A stretch of 64,000 nt of DNA from Candidatus Heimdallarchaeota archaeon. GTDB lineage: Archaea > Asgardarchaeota > Heimdallarchaeia > Heimdallarchaeales > Heimdallarchaeaceae. Below are positions 38,826 to 48,024 of this stretch, in pieces. Within the stretch, counting starts at the first letter, position 1. The number at the start of each line of letters is the position of its first letter. The position numbers and the translations under genes were made by a program. The notes under the pieces were generated by a model. It saw only the letters and a program-made list of their open reading frames with translations, ran no database searches and was not told the DNA's origin. The stretch spans positions 64,001 to 128,000 of the forward strand of contig JAHLWR010000002.1 in NCBI GenBank assembly GCA_019057815.1. Direction: 5' to 3'.

Positions 38826-41027
38826 ATGATTAAATCAAATATAAGTCTACAACAATGCAAGGATGATCAAATGAAAAAGAAAAGCAAGTTTTTAATCCTA
38901 GGTCTCTCAATTGTTCTAATTATCGGATTATCGTCCAGTTTTACAGTAAACTCATTAGAATTTACTAATAAGACTCTAAAACATCCAATAAAAGTCATAG
39001 TAGATTACACTGAAGATGTCGATCGTATAATCAAGCTTCCTACAGAATATACTTATAATAATCATCCATTGATTATAGACCTAAATGATGATGGAAAACT
39101 AGAAACGGTTATTACATCGGATAGAATTAACGAAACAGCTCCATCACTAATTTTATTGTTTAATGGAGAAGAACTAGTTGAAGGGTGGCCTATACAAGTC
39201 AACTTCACAGTTGAAGAAATACTTGGAAAGAGAAAGGTTGAGGGAAAAGAAGCAATAATTTTCCGCGTAGCAGACTATAATTTAGAAAAAAGAATTACAT
39301 CATTTATTGCAATCACAGGAGAGGGAGAGATTATTGACAGCTTCCAAATTGACTTGCTAGGAAGCTTCATTCAAGGGACAATCTTTTATGATTTGAATGA
39401 AGATGGTTTAGAAGAATTTGTCGTGGTTCGTAATGATGGTTGGATTTATTACATAGATCATGATGGGAATAATATCTCTACATGGCCAAAACAGTTTCAA
39501 ATAAATGCCACTGTGGTTTTGCCACCAATAGCTGAAGATATTAACAATGACAGTTTTCTAGATATTATCCTATGTACAGAATTAGGGGAAATCTTTGTTT
39601 GGAACATAAATGGTACATTGATAAATGGTTACCCTTTAGCTCTTCCGATTAAAACATACGGAAGTATCAAAGACAATTTTAGAGTAATGCCCATTGTTAC
39701 AGATTTGGAAAACGATGGTACTTACGAACTCCTAATAAGTTCGACATTAGGTTTTATGTATGGGATGGTTTTAGATCCAGTTGTTAACGAAAGCTGGACT
39801 GTTCCACTTGATTTTTCCATCTGGAAAGAGACACAAGCAGTAGCAATGGACCTAAATAATGACAATTTACCGGAAATTATTCAACCTTTTTATAATGGAA
39901 TTATATTGTTAGAATATGATGGAGAGTTGAACGAGACATTCAGAAACGCAGGTTTTTTCCGCTGCCATGGAACTCCTGCGATAGCAGATATAGATAATGA
40001 TAATGTTCCCGAAATAATTGTAGCAGATAGTAATTATTTACGTATAATCGATTCAAGTGGTGTTGAAAAAGAAAGGTTATGGAAAGGAATAGTTACAGAT
40101 TCCAACTCTCCGTTAGTCTATGATATTGATAATGATAAAGAAATTGAAGTCGTGTATCTGAATAGGGGAGGTGAGATTTACATCTTTGAAACAAATGATT
40201 ACGGATTGATGCCTTGGATAAGTCAATATGGATCTTCAACACATACAACTAATAGAGATTATGATAATGACGGATTATGGGATTATGAAGAAAAAATTCT
40301 GAAAACAAGAGAGGATCAAATAGATACAGATGGGGATGGAGTCTCTGATGGGTTGGAGGTGAATCAGTATGCTTTGAATCCTGTTTCAAAAGATAGTAAT
40401 GGTGATACAGACCTAGATCTCTTGAAGAATATAGAAGAAATTGATATTCATAGAACGAATCCAATGAATCCTGATTCAGACTTTGATAGTTTAACAGATG
40501 GGGATGAAGTTTTAATTTATTTCACGAATCCACTTTCTGATGATACTGATAATGATAAAATGACTGATGCTTTTGAAGTAACATATGATTCGCTAGATCC
40601 AAACAACGCTGCTGATGCTTTGGAAGATGCAGATAATGATAATTTGATAAATAAGGATGAACAAAAGTATGGAACAAATCCTGAAGATCCAGATACAGAC
40701 AAAGATGGTCTTTTAGACGGAGATGAAGTGCATAGATATATCACCAATCCTAGAATACCGGATAAAGATGCAGATTACGATGGAGATGGTCTAACTAATG
40801 TTGAAGAAGTAGATATCTACGGAACAGACCCTTCACAACCCGATTCAGATTTTGACGGTTTTGAAGATGGAGAAGAAATAGATAAAGGATCCGATCCTTT
40901 GGACCCAAATAGTATCCCAACTACAAAAACAAGTTTTTTGATGAATAATCTAATAATTGTCCCAGTTTTAATCGGAATAAGAAAATGGAAAAAAATGAAA
41001 AAAGAAAGAAGGGATGTTAAACAATGA
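38826..41027 (+). CDS. Surface protein with FG-GAP/VCBS repeats and Ca-binding DxDxDG (TSP3-like) repeats (likely start ATG at 38871)
   Basis: DLNDDGKLE-type repeats with GWP; repeated DTDGDGVSDGLE/TNP units; signal peptide and C-terminal hydrophobic + basic tail. Confidence 0.85.
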   Translation: MIKSNISLQQCKDDQMKKKSKFLILGLSIVLIIGLSSSFTVNSLEFTNKTLKHPIKVIVDYTEDVDRIIKLPTEYTYNNHPLIIDLNDDGKLETVITSDRINETAPSLILLFNGEELVEGWPIQVNFTVEEILGKRKVEGKEAIIFRVADYNLEKRITSFIAITGEGEIIDSFQIDLLGSFIQGTIFYDLNEDGLEEFVVVRNDGWIYYIDHDGNNISTWPKQFQINATVVLPPIAEDINNDSFLDIILCTELGEIFVWNINGTLINGYPLALPIKTYGSIKDNFRVMPIVTDLENDGTYELLISSTLGFMYGMVLDPVVNESWTVPLDFSIWKETQAVAMDLNNDNLPEIIQPFYNGIILLEYDGELNETFRNAGFFRCHGTPAIADIDNDNVPEIIVADSNYLRIIDSSGVEKERLWKGIVTDSNSPLVYDIDNDKEIEVVYLNRGGEIYIFETNDYGLMPWISQYGSSTHTTNRDYDNDGLWDYEEKILKTREDQIDTDGDGVSDGLEVNQYALNPVSKDSNGDTDLDLLKNIEEIDIHRTNPMNPDSDFDSLTDGDEVLIYFTNPLSDDTDNDKMTDAFEVTYDSLDPNNAADALEDADNDNLINKDEQKYGTNPEDPDTDKDGLLDGDEVHRYITNPRIPDKDADYDGDGLTNVEEVDIYGTDPSQPDSDFDGFEDGEEIDKGSDPLDPNSIPTTKTSFLMNNLIIVPVLIGIRKWKKMKKERRDVKQ

Positions 41028-41461
41028 AGTGTCCTTATTGTAGGAAGGATAAACTAATAGTGCTTGAGGATAAGCGAACATGTGAGTGTCAAAGGTGTAA
41101 ATACCAATTTGAAGTATCAAGAATTGCATTGTTCATCGAAAAAATTTTTTCGTTTCCTCTTTCTTCTATTATCTATTCAACAGCAATAGCAAGTTTGGAT
41201 TACTTAATTGCTTATTATACACAACAAACTGTGAAAGCTTCATTTGGAGCATATTATACTTTTGTTCTAATGACATCAGGAATATTAGTAGGACTCTTCT
41301 ATTATACTATAATATCCAGAAAATCACAAAGTTCCTTTCTGATAAGTAGAAAAAGAAATTTTATCGAGAAGATAATGGAACTGGCTCCACTTGTTAAAGT
41401 ATCGATACTATTGCTTGTTGCTACACTTGCAACAACAATTTATTATGGAGTCACGCAATAA
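41024..41461 (+). CDS. Zinc-ribbon membrane protein
   Basis: CPYC...CQRC followed by about 3 TM; start overlaps the upstream stop (ATGA). Confidence 0.7.
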   Translation: MKCPYCRKDKLIVLEDKRTCECQRCKYQFEVSRIALFIEKIFSFPLSSIIYSTAIASLDYLIAYYTQQTVKASFGAYYTFVLMTSGILVGLFYYTIISRKSQSSFLISRKRNFIEKIMELAPLVKVSILLLVATLATTIYYGVTQ

Positions 41462-41685
41462 TGGTAGCTTACTTCAGAAAAAGAGGAATATAACTAATTT
41501 CAATTATTTACAATTAGAGAAGTGAAATTTAACCTCTCAACGCACTTGCAGATGATCCATTTATCCTTTTAAATAACATTTAGATAGCCTTATGGTAGGT
41601 TTACCAAGTTTCATGATGTACGCAATATATTAGACACAATCTTAAGAAAAGACAAATATCTTAGAAAAGTCGCTTTGTAAAGGAT

Positions 41686-41715
41686 AAAGAAAAAAGAAAA
41701 AAGAAAAAAGAAAAG
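41686..41715. repeat. (AAAAAAG)n short tandem repeat; T-rich terminator on the minus strand after the SBP gene
   Basis: aaagaaaaaagaaaaaagaaaaaagaaaag. Confidence 0.55.
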
Positions 41716-41725
41716 TTTTGGTTTT

Positions 41726-43720
41726 TTACTTCCGCTTTCTGTAAAGAGCTACGAAAACAACAGCACCAAGTGCGCCAAGTATAGCTAATAATGACATTGG
41801 TGCTTTAGTTTCTGTCTCTATTATAGTCTCTACAGTTGTTTCGGTATCTGTCGTTATGATTGTCTCTGTTTCTAGTGTTGGAATTTCACTAATAACTTCT
41901 GCAGCAAACAGCCATTCGAAGGAAGCAGCCAAATCATAACGGTATTTGACTATGTCATGATTGTACCAGAAAGCTTGTACTGGATAGATTGGACTGTCCG
42001 AAATGAGAAATTCACCATCATGAAGTACTTGATTCATTTCTTTACGATCAATGGCGTAGTTAAGTGCTTTACGAACTGCTGCGCCTTTAGTGTATTCCTC
42101 TTTTCCTGGAATATCTACCATATCATAGTTTGCGTCACCACCGATGAATGGACGTCGTAGGTTGTAGAACAAGAATGAGAAGTATCCTTGCAATTGAGTT
42201 TGGACTTCAAACCTTGCATCTTGTTGCATTTGTTTCCTTTCTGCGGGGAACGATGCTAGACCCATGATACTTAGTTTACCAGATTTGAATTCAGCTAGAG
42301 CTGAAGTTTGATCTGGAATAACTCTTATGATGACAGTATCGATATCTAAGTCTTGAGGAGTGCCATCAATTGCACCAATACCAAAATTAGTTTCCCAGAA
42401 TACGCTTTTTTGTAATACAGTAACTGAGTTTTGGATGCTATAATCCAACATGTATTTTCCGCAACCAAATGCTGAAGTACTGAATAATGTCCATGGAGTC
42501 TCTAGGAGAATATCATCATAGATACCAGTCATTTCTACTCCACCACCAGATGTGGTGATTGTTGGGTCTGTACTGTTCAGGAAGAATTCAGGAAGACATC
42601 GAGAGGTTATTCTTGGCCAGAATGGAGCATAATTATCAAGTTCTGCAGTTGCGGGTTTACCATCAATGACTATGTGGAAAGTATATTCATCTAGTGGATC
42701 TATCCATATAGCTCTAATCCAATCGTAGAGGAAAGCATCTTCACTAGTAATTGTGTTAGCCCATGCAAGATAGGTAAAGACAGCGTCTTTAGCAGTAACT
42801 TCTTGGTTCGTTCCATCACTTGCTAGACCTTTTAGACCAGCTACTGGTGTTTCAGATGAAAGATCGGTTGAACCATCTCTGGCTGTGGTATCATAGGAAG
42901 GATTCCAATAAACACCTTGTCTCATGGTGAAAGTGAAGTAACTATCATTGATCATTTCCCAAGATTCAACAAGACCAGTCTTCAATGGTTCAAAATCCGG
43001 ACTCATTTGAACAATGGGTTCCATCACTAATGAGGAAATGAGAGAGCTTGAAGAATCATCTTGTAATAATGGGTTAAGTTCTTTCCAATTAGCATCGCTA
43101 TCAATAAACTCTGTCAAATACTCTTGACCATCATGATAATCTGTCCAATCCATGTAAGGTAGAGAGTCAACGTATCCCCATCTCATATCATAGCCAGTTA
43201 ATGTTGCCCATGTAGCAGTATAAAATCTTGGACTGTATAGAGGTAACATTGGGACGATTTTGTCCATCAAGAGTTGTTGCCAGTCGTAATAGAGTTGTTG
43301 TCTTTCTGCTAGATCGACGATAGTAACACCATCAATCATCAAGTTTTCGCTATCATTACCGTATGGCATCACTTTGTCAATACCAAACATGTTCAGAGAA
43401 GCGGTTTCTTTGTATACTCCGGAAGGATCAGGGTCAGCTGTACCTCCAGTAAGAGCTACAATACCCATGTCAAAATCGTATGTAACGGTAAGTGTTCCAA
43501 TGAATACTACCCATTCTTCGACTTTAACATCTACAGCAATACCAATTTCGGCCAGATATTGAGCAATATATAAACCATAATCTGGACGTGTTCCACCACC
43601 ATTAGTCTTAAAGGTTAAGTGAGCAATTGGATCAACTGCGGCTTTTGTGTTAGCAGTTTGAAGACTCATTAAGAGAAAACTAGCTACCACAAAAAATGCG
43701 ATAAATGATTTTTTGTTCAT
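41726..43720 (-). CDS. ABC transporter substrate-binding protein family 5 (OppA/DppA-like), circularly permuted, C-terminally anchored
   Basis: LNPL..D..S, GLVESWE, VTAKDAVFTY, GCGKY, VRKALNYAIDR; the normally C-terminal IAQYLAEIGI/ERQQLY block sits at the N-terminus. Confidence 0.88.
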   Translation of the reverse strand: MNKKSFIAFFVVASFLLMSLQTANTKAAVDPIAHLTFKTNGGGTRPDYGLYIAQYLAEIGIAVDVKVEEWVVFIGTLTVTYDFDMGIVALTGGTADPDPSGVYKETASLNMFGIDKVMPYGNDSENLMIDGVTIVDLAERQQLYYDWQQLLMDKIVPMLPLYSPRFYTATWATLTGYDMRWGYVDSLPYMDWTDYHDGQEYLTEFIDSDANWKELNPLLQDDSSSSLISSLVMEPIVQMSPDFEPLKTGLVESWEMINDSYFTFTMRQGVYWNPSYDTTARDGSTDLSSETPVAGLKGLASDGTNQEVTAKDAVFTYLAWANTITSEDAFLYDWIRAIWIDPLDEYTFHIVIDGKPATAELDNYAPFWPRITSRCLPEFFLNSTDPTITTSGGGVEMTGIYDDILLETPWTLFSTSAFGCGKYMLDYSIQNSVTVLQKSVFWETNFGIGAIDGTPQDLDIDTVIIRVIPDQTSALAEFKSGKLSIMGLASFPAERKQMQQDARFEVQTQLQGYFSFLFYNLRRPFIGGDANYDMVDIPGKEEYTKGAAVRKALNYAIDRKEMNQVLHDGEFLISDSPIYPVQAFWYNHDIVKYRYDLAASFEWLFAAEVISEIPTLETETIITTDTETTVETIIETETKAPMSLLAILGALGAVVFVALYRKRK

Positions 43721-43735
43721 TTAATATCACCTATT

Positions 43736-44983
43736 CTATTTTCTGCGGCGCAGAAATACTGCGGCCACTAGACCGACCATTGAGACACTTATAAGTATAC
43801 CGAACAGCGGACCGGTTTCAGTCGTTGATTCTATTATTGTTGTATTAGTAACAATAGTTGTTGATTCTGTAATAGTTTCTGTCTCGGTTGTTTCTTCGGG
43901 TTCTATACCTACAACAACTTTGAATATAACTGTAGCGTGCCTTAAAGCTGGATAAGGGTTTGCATAAGCTACTGAGTAATCATCTGCTCTTAGACCAGAT
44001 ACTATGAAGTAGACATAGTTGACACCTATTACTAGATCAAGTGGTGTTTCATCAAATTGTAACTTTTGGTTAGTAGATAACCATGTATAATTATTAGGTC
44101 CTACTGAGTATACGTTTGCAAACATTGTTCCATAAGTTGCATTAATCAGAACCAGTTCTGTATCTGAAGCGTTATAAATAACGTGTATTGAAGCATTTGC
44201 TCCAGTAGCAGGATCTACATATTGATTACGCTCATCAGGTAGAGTATCATCTGTGTATTGTGCTGCTTCAGCACTTGGTCTGATGTCAGCCCAACCACCG
44301 TCTGCCCAGTTATAATATCCGAAAAGATCCATTGATTCAACAGCTTCAACGTCTATTATAGCCATATTTTCTGCATCTACGCGCAGTGTTGGTGTGTCAT
44401 CACGATTTTCTGCGACATAGAATCTAACTTGGTCTTGAGCATATTCCCAATGCCATTCTGTGTGTGTATCATTTGAAACAAGTTCAGAGAGCACTATTGT
44501 AAGATAATGCCAACCAACATCTAATGCTATAGTGATATCTTGGTATGTATTAGCTTGTGAACCGCCAATATCGAAGTTGGATTGACCAAGGTCGTAACCA
44601 TCTAAGAAAGTCGTCATCTGACCAGCTAGACGTGTTTCTGTATATGTTCCGTTTTCATCGGCTTCATCGTAAAACCAGTTATCTGGTTGCCATCCGTCAC
44701 CATATGCGTTGACGCCACCAGCAGCAAATGAAACAAAAGCTAAATCATAATAGAACATGAAGTCTATTATATCATCTTCAGTAAAGAGCATATTATCAGC
44801 TAATAGTCTTTTGTCAATATCTACAAACACACCACCCATATCGACATAGCAATCTGGATAGTATTTAATTGTTAGATTGACTTTGTTATCATTTGTTTTA
44901 GCGTCAGTAAAGGCAACTACACCTATGGCTGAAACCACGAATAGTAGTACAAAAATTAATCCTTTTTTATTCATATTTTTCAC
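43736..44983 (-). CDS. Secreted surface protein with Thr/Glu-rich linker and TM anchor (likely start ATG at 44974)
   Basis: AGGTG SD, signal peptide, TETETETITEST linker, GP-TM-RRRK; 15 nt upstream of the SBP gene. Confidence 0.8.
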   Translation of the reverse strand: MKNMNKKGLIFVLLFVVSAIGVVAFTDAKTNDNKVNLTIKYYPDCYVDMGGVFVDIDKRLLADNMLFTEDDIIDFMFYYDLAFVSFAAGGVNAYGDGWQPDNWFYDEADENGTYTETRLAGQMTTFLDGYDLGQSNFDIGGSQANTYQDITIALDVGWHYLTIVLSELVSNDTHTEWHWEYAQDQVRFYVAENRDDTPTLRVDAENMAIIDVEAVESMDLFGYYNWADGGWADIRPSAEAAQYTDDTLPDERNQYVDPATGANASIHVIYNASDTELVLINATYGTMFANVYSVGPNNYTWLSTNQKLQFDETPLDLVIGVNYVYFIVSGLRADDYSVAYANPYPALRHATVIFKVVVGIEPEETTETETITESTTIVTNTTIIESTTETGPLFGILISVSMVGLVAAVFLRRRK

Positions 44984-45153
44984 CTTTACTTACGTAAACG
45001 TAAGCGAGATAATTTATTTTTAGGAAATATAAAAAGATTATGTATCCAAATTTCTGAATAATCTGATTTTTTACCAAACAAGAAACCCGAAAGAGCAGCA
45101 TATTCTACAATAATGTCAAAGGATTTTTTGAGATTCTTAACCAATAAAAATTA

Positions 45154-45891
45154 TCATTCTTTTTTATTAATAAGCCCTTTAACCGCTTTTAATGAGCTGT
45201 TAATATCTTCAATCTTTTTCTCTAAAGATTCCAACATTATTTTAAGTTGACTTATTTCATCTTTTGTAGATTGATGATTTTTTTCCACAATTGTTGATTC
45301 AACTCTAGATTCAATTCTTTCAGGCATTTCATAGTCCTTTTCACCTGTTGTATCCCCTAAAATCAGTTTTTTACTCATGTGCTCAAATAATTCATTAATA
45401 TTAGTACCTGTTAGTGCTGAAGTTTCATAAACTTTAGGTGAAAATTTGGTTAGCTGTTGAATCTTTTGTGCGGTATTAATAATATCTTCTTGTTCAACTA
45501 AGCGTGAATCATCAAGATCAATTTTGTTACCAATAAGATATATTTCTTGAAGTGAATCTTTAGCATATTGAGTTGCTTCTTCAGCCCATTTTAAGCTGTT
45601 ATTCAATGTTGATGTATTTGTCACATCAAAAACTATTAGTGCACATTTACACCCATGATAGAAAGAGGAGCGCATTCCATGGAAGATGCTTTGTCCCGCT
45701 AAATCCCAGATTGTTAACAAAACTATTTCTCCCTCAATATTCACCTTTTGAGCAGCAAAGTCAGCGCCCAAAGTTTTTAAGTAATCAGTTCGGAAAGATT
45801 TTCCCATATATTTTCTTCTTATTGACGTTTTACCTACTTCAGGGTCTCCAATTAATACGATTTTATAAGCGCGCTTCGGTTCAAGTGACAT
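45154..45891 (-). CDS. Rab-like small GTPase with C-terminal coiled-coil extension
   Basis: G1 GDPEVGKT, G2 YLKT, LGADF, G3 WDLAGQ, G4 NKID, G5 ETSA. Confidence 0.92.
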   Translation of the reverse strand: MSLEPKRAYKIVLIGDPEVGKTSIRRKYMGKSFRTDYLKTLGADFAAQKVNIEGEIVLLTIWDLAGQSIFHGMRSSFYHGCKCALIVFDVTNTSTLNNSLKWAEEATQYAKDSLQEIYLIGNKIDLDDSRLVEQEDIINTAQKIQQLTKFSPKVYETSALTGTNINELFEHMSKKLILGDTTGEKDYEMPERIESRVESTIVEKNHQSTKDEISQLKIMLESLEKKIEDINSSLKAVKGLINKKE

Positions 45892-45981
45892 ATGTTAACA
45901 CCAATTAAGTATTAGTGTAACTTTGTTTTATAAAATTTTGTGAATAATGCATTATAAAAAATTGAAGCTCTCAAGAACAAT

Positions 45982-47298
45982 TTATCCTTGTAAACTCTGA
46001 TAAAGTAGCTTGTAAAAGGTTCTTACTACTTCCAAGCTGTCGATTTCTACATATTCATTTGAGCCGTGGACATTTCCACCCAACGGTCCAAATTCAATTG
46101 CGGGGATATTATCAACACTGAACCATCTACTATCTGTTGCACCCCCCATTTCAAGTGGAGTTGAAAGCAATCTCATTTTCTCAGCAACTTCGATGCTTGT
46201 TTTAACAAGTTTTGAATCGAGGGGGGTGTTAACTGGACCGATACTTCCTTTTGACACCACCTTTGATTCGATTAAATACTTTTTAGAAAAATTTTCGAAA
46301 TATTGTTGTATCACTTCGTGGTCATTACTCATTATTCTCAAATCAAGTTGGCACATATGGCTTTCTCTTTCCTCTCTGTAGTAGTTGAATGTAAGATTGA
46401 TACCATAATCGCTATAATCAGAGGTTAATTCAACGTTTTTTAGATTGGAAACAGCTTGGAGAAATCTTGTGAGATTTTCATCATATTTATGCACTTCTTC
46501 ACTTGTTCTATCTGGAATAATATAATCAATTGTTATCTCTGATGGAAGGACATTATTTTTTACAAACACACCTGTAATTTTCTGAACTTTGTAATCGTTT
46601 TTCACAAGAAATTGAGATGCTAAATCTGCACAATGAACATCCATTTGCTTGTTAAAATACGCAGCATGCATAGTTCTGTCGTCAATTATTTTAGTTCTGA
46701 AAGTTTCAGAATTCTTTCTTCCTCTAATTTCCCCCACGCACTTCTTTAGGTTAAACGTGATCACATACGGATTACGACGACGATTTATTATCTGCAGACC
46801 GTTTGCATCACCATTAATAACATAATCTGGAACGAGGTTTTTTTCTTTTAAAATAGGCAGTAATTGACCTGCACCATAAGATCCACCTGATTCTTCATCA
46901 AGATTTATCGCATAGACAATTGAAGCTGTTCCATTGTTCTTGAAAAATTCAGCTAAACTTAGCATAACAGCTACTGCTCCTTTCATATCAGCAGAACCCC
47001 TACCATAAGCTTTGCCATCCTTTATAGTCAATTGAAAAGGGTCTGTCTCCCACTTTGGTCCTGGGGGAACAACGTCACAATGACCAATAAAGAGAATTAT
47101 AGGTTTTAACCTTGGTATGTATGATAATAGTGACCAGTAACCATTTTCTTCATAGAATAAACTATCATAATCCAAAAGAGCAAAAATTTGGTCGTTAATA
47201 TAATCTAGTATATCTCGAGAAGGTTTTGTATTTTCTACAGGATTATTTACTGAAGAAAAAGAGACTAGTTTATTCAAACATGTTAAGAAATCTTCCAT
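45982..47298 (-). CDS. M20 family metallopeptidase (DapE/ArgE-like)
   Basis: GHCDVVP, GRGSADMKG, DEE, GGATD, HGSNE. Confidence 0.9.
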   Translation of the reverse strand: MEDFLTCLNKLVSFSSVNNPVENTKPSRDILDYINDQIFALLDYDSLFYEENGYWSLLSYIPRLKPIILFIGHCDVVPPGPKWETDPFQLTIKDGKAYGRGSADMKGAVAVMLSLAEFFKNNGTASIVYAINLDEESGGSYGAGQLLPILKEKNLVPDYVINGDANGLQIINRRRNPYVITFNLKKCVGEIRGRKNSETFRTKIIDDRTMHAAYFNKQMDVHCADLASQFLVKNDYKVQKITGVFVKNNVLPSEITIDYIIPDRTSEEVHKYDENLTRFLQAVSNLKNVELTSDYSDYGINLTFNYYREERESHMCQLDLRIMSNDHEVIQQYFENFSKKYLIESKVVSKGSIGPVNTPLDSKLVKTSIEVAEKMRLLSTPLEMGGATDSRWFSVDNIPAIEFGPLGGNVHGSNEYVEIDSLEVVRTFYKLLYQSLQG

Positions 47299-47349
47299 GA
47301 TATAAATTAGTTACATTTTCTTTTTAGATTTTTGGAAAGAGTTAAGGGA

Positions 47350-47946
47350 TTAAGTAATTATTATTAAACTACTTTGGTAAAAAGAATTCTCAATTGCATA
47401 TCTTCCTCCAGCTTGTAAGAGGTAACGATAGTTCATTATGATATAAAACGATTCTCCAAAACCCAATTCACCTATAGAACCTTCTAAGTTTTCACATTGG
47501 ACATCAAAATCAGCGTAAGTACCATTTTCTACTTTGTAACCTTCCACTGGTTGCCCTAAATATTCGTTAACCCAGAAGGTATATTCACTGAGGACAATCA
47601 CCCAAGGAATAGTTTCATCGACTAATTCTCCAGTTGGTAACATAATATCGAAATCATAAATATAAATATCTGGAGAAAAAGCATCATTATTAATTTGAAA
47701 GGATATTGTATCATTTAGCGTATCATTATCAGTATCTGCAAATCCAGTAATAATGAATGTAAAATTAACTTGAGAGGTCATAGAAGGGGTCTCTAAATAG
47801 TCTGGAAGTTCAATTACATTTATATTAAAGATAACCCCTGCAATTATACCTGCAGCTCCAAGTGTCAGAGCTAGAAGCATTACTGTTGCAATGATGGGAG
47901 AAACTCCTCTACGACATTTTTTTAGTATAAGCAACATTTGAAACAT
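47350..47946 (-). CDS. Archaeal type IV pilin-like protein (class III signal peptide)
   Basis: RRG/VSPIIATVMLLALT prepilin cleavage site and hydrophobic helix. Confidence 0.85.
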   Translation of the reverse strand: MFQMLLILKKCRRGVSPIIATVMLLALTLGAAGIIAGVIFNINVIELPDYLETPSMTSQVNFTFIITGFADTDNDTLNDTISFQINNDAFSPDIYIYDFDIMLPTGELVDETIPWVIVLSEYTFWVNEYLGQPVEGYKVENGTYADFDVQCENLEGSIGELGFGESFYIIMNYRYLLQAGGRYAIENSFYQSSLIIIT

Positions 47947-48024
47947 TCCTTGATTTATTTAGTGATGTTGTATACAAAGATTATTTTGAAACTATATAAC
48001 TTTTAAGTTGGTTTGAACAAATTA

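Noticed and set aside
41461-41690. Intergenic stretch with coding-like fragments
   Set aside because: Only short broken frames and no convincing structure
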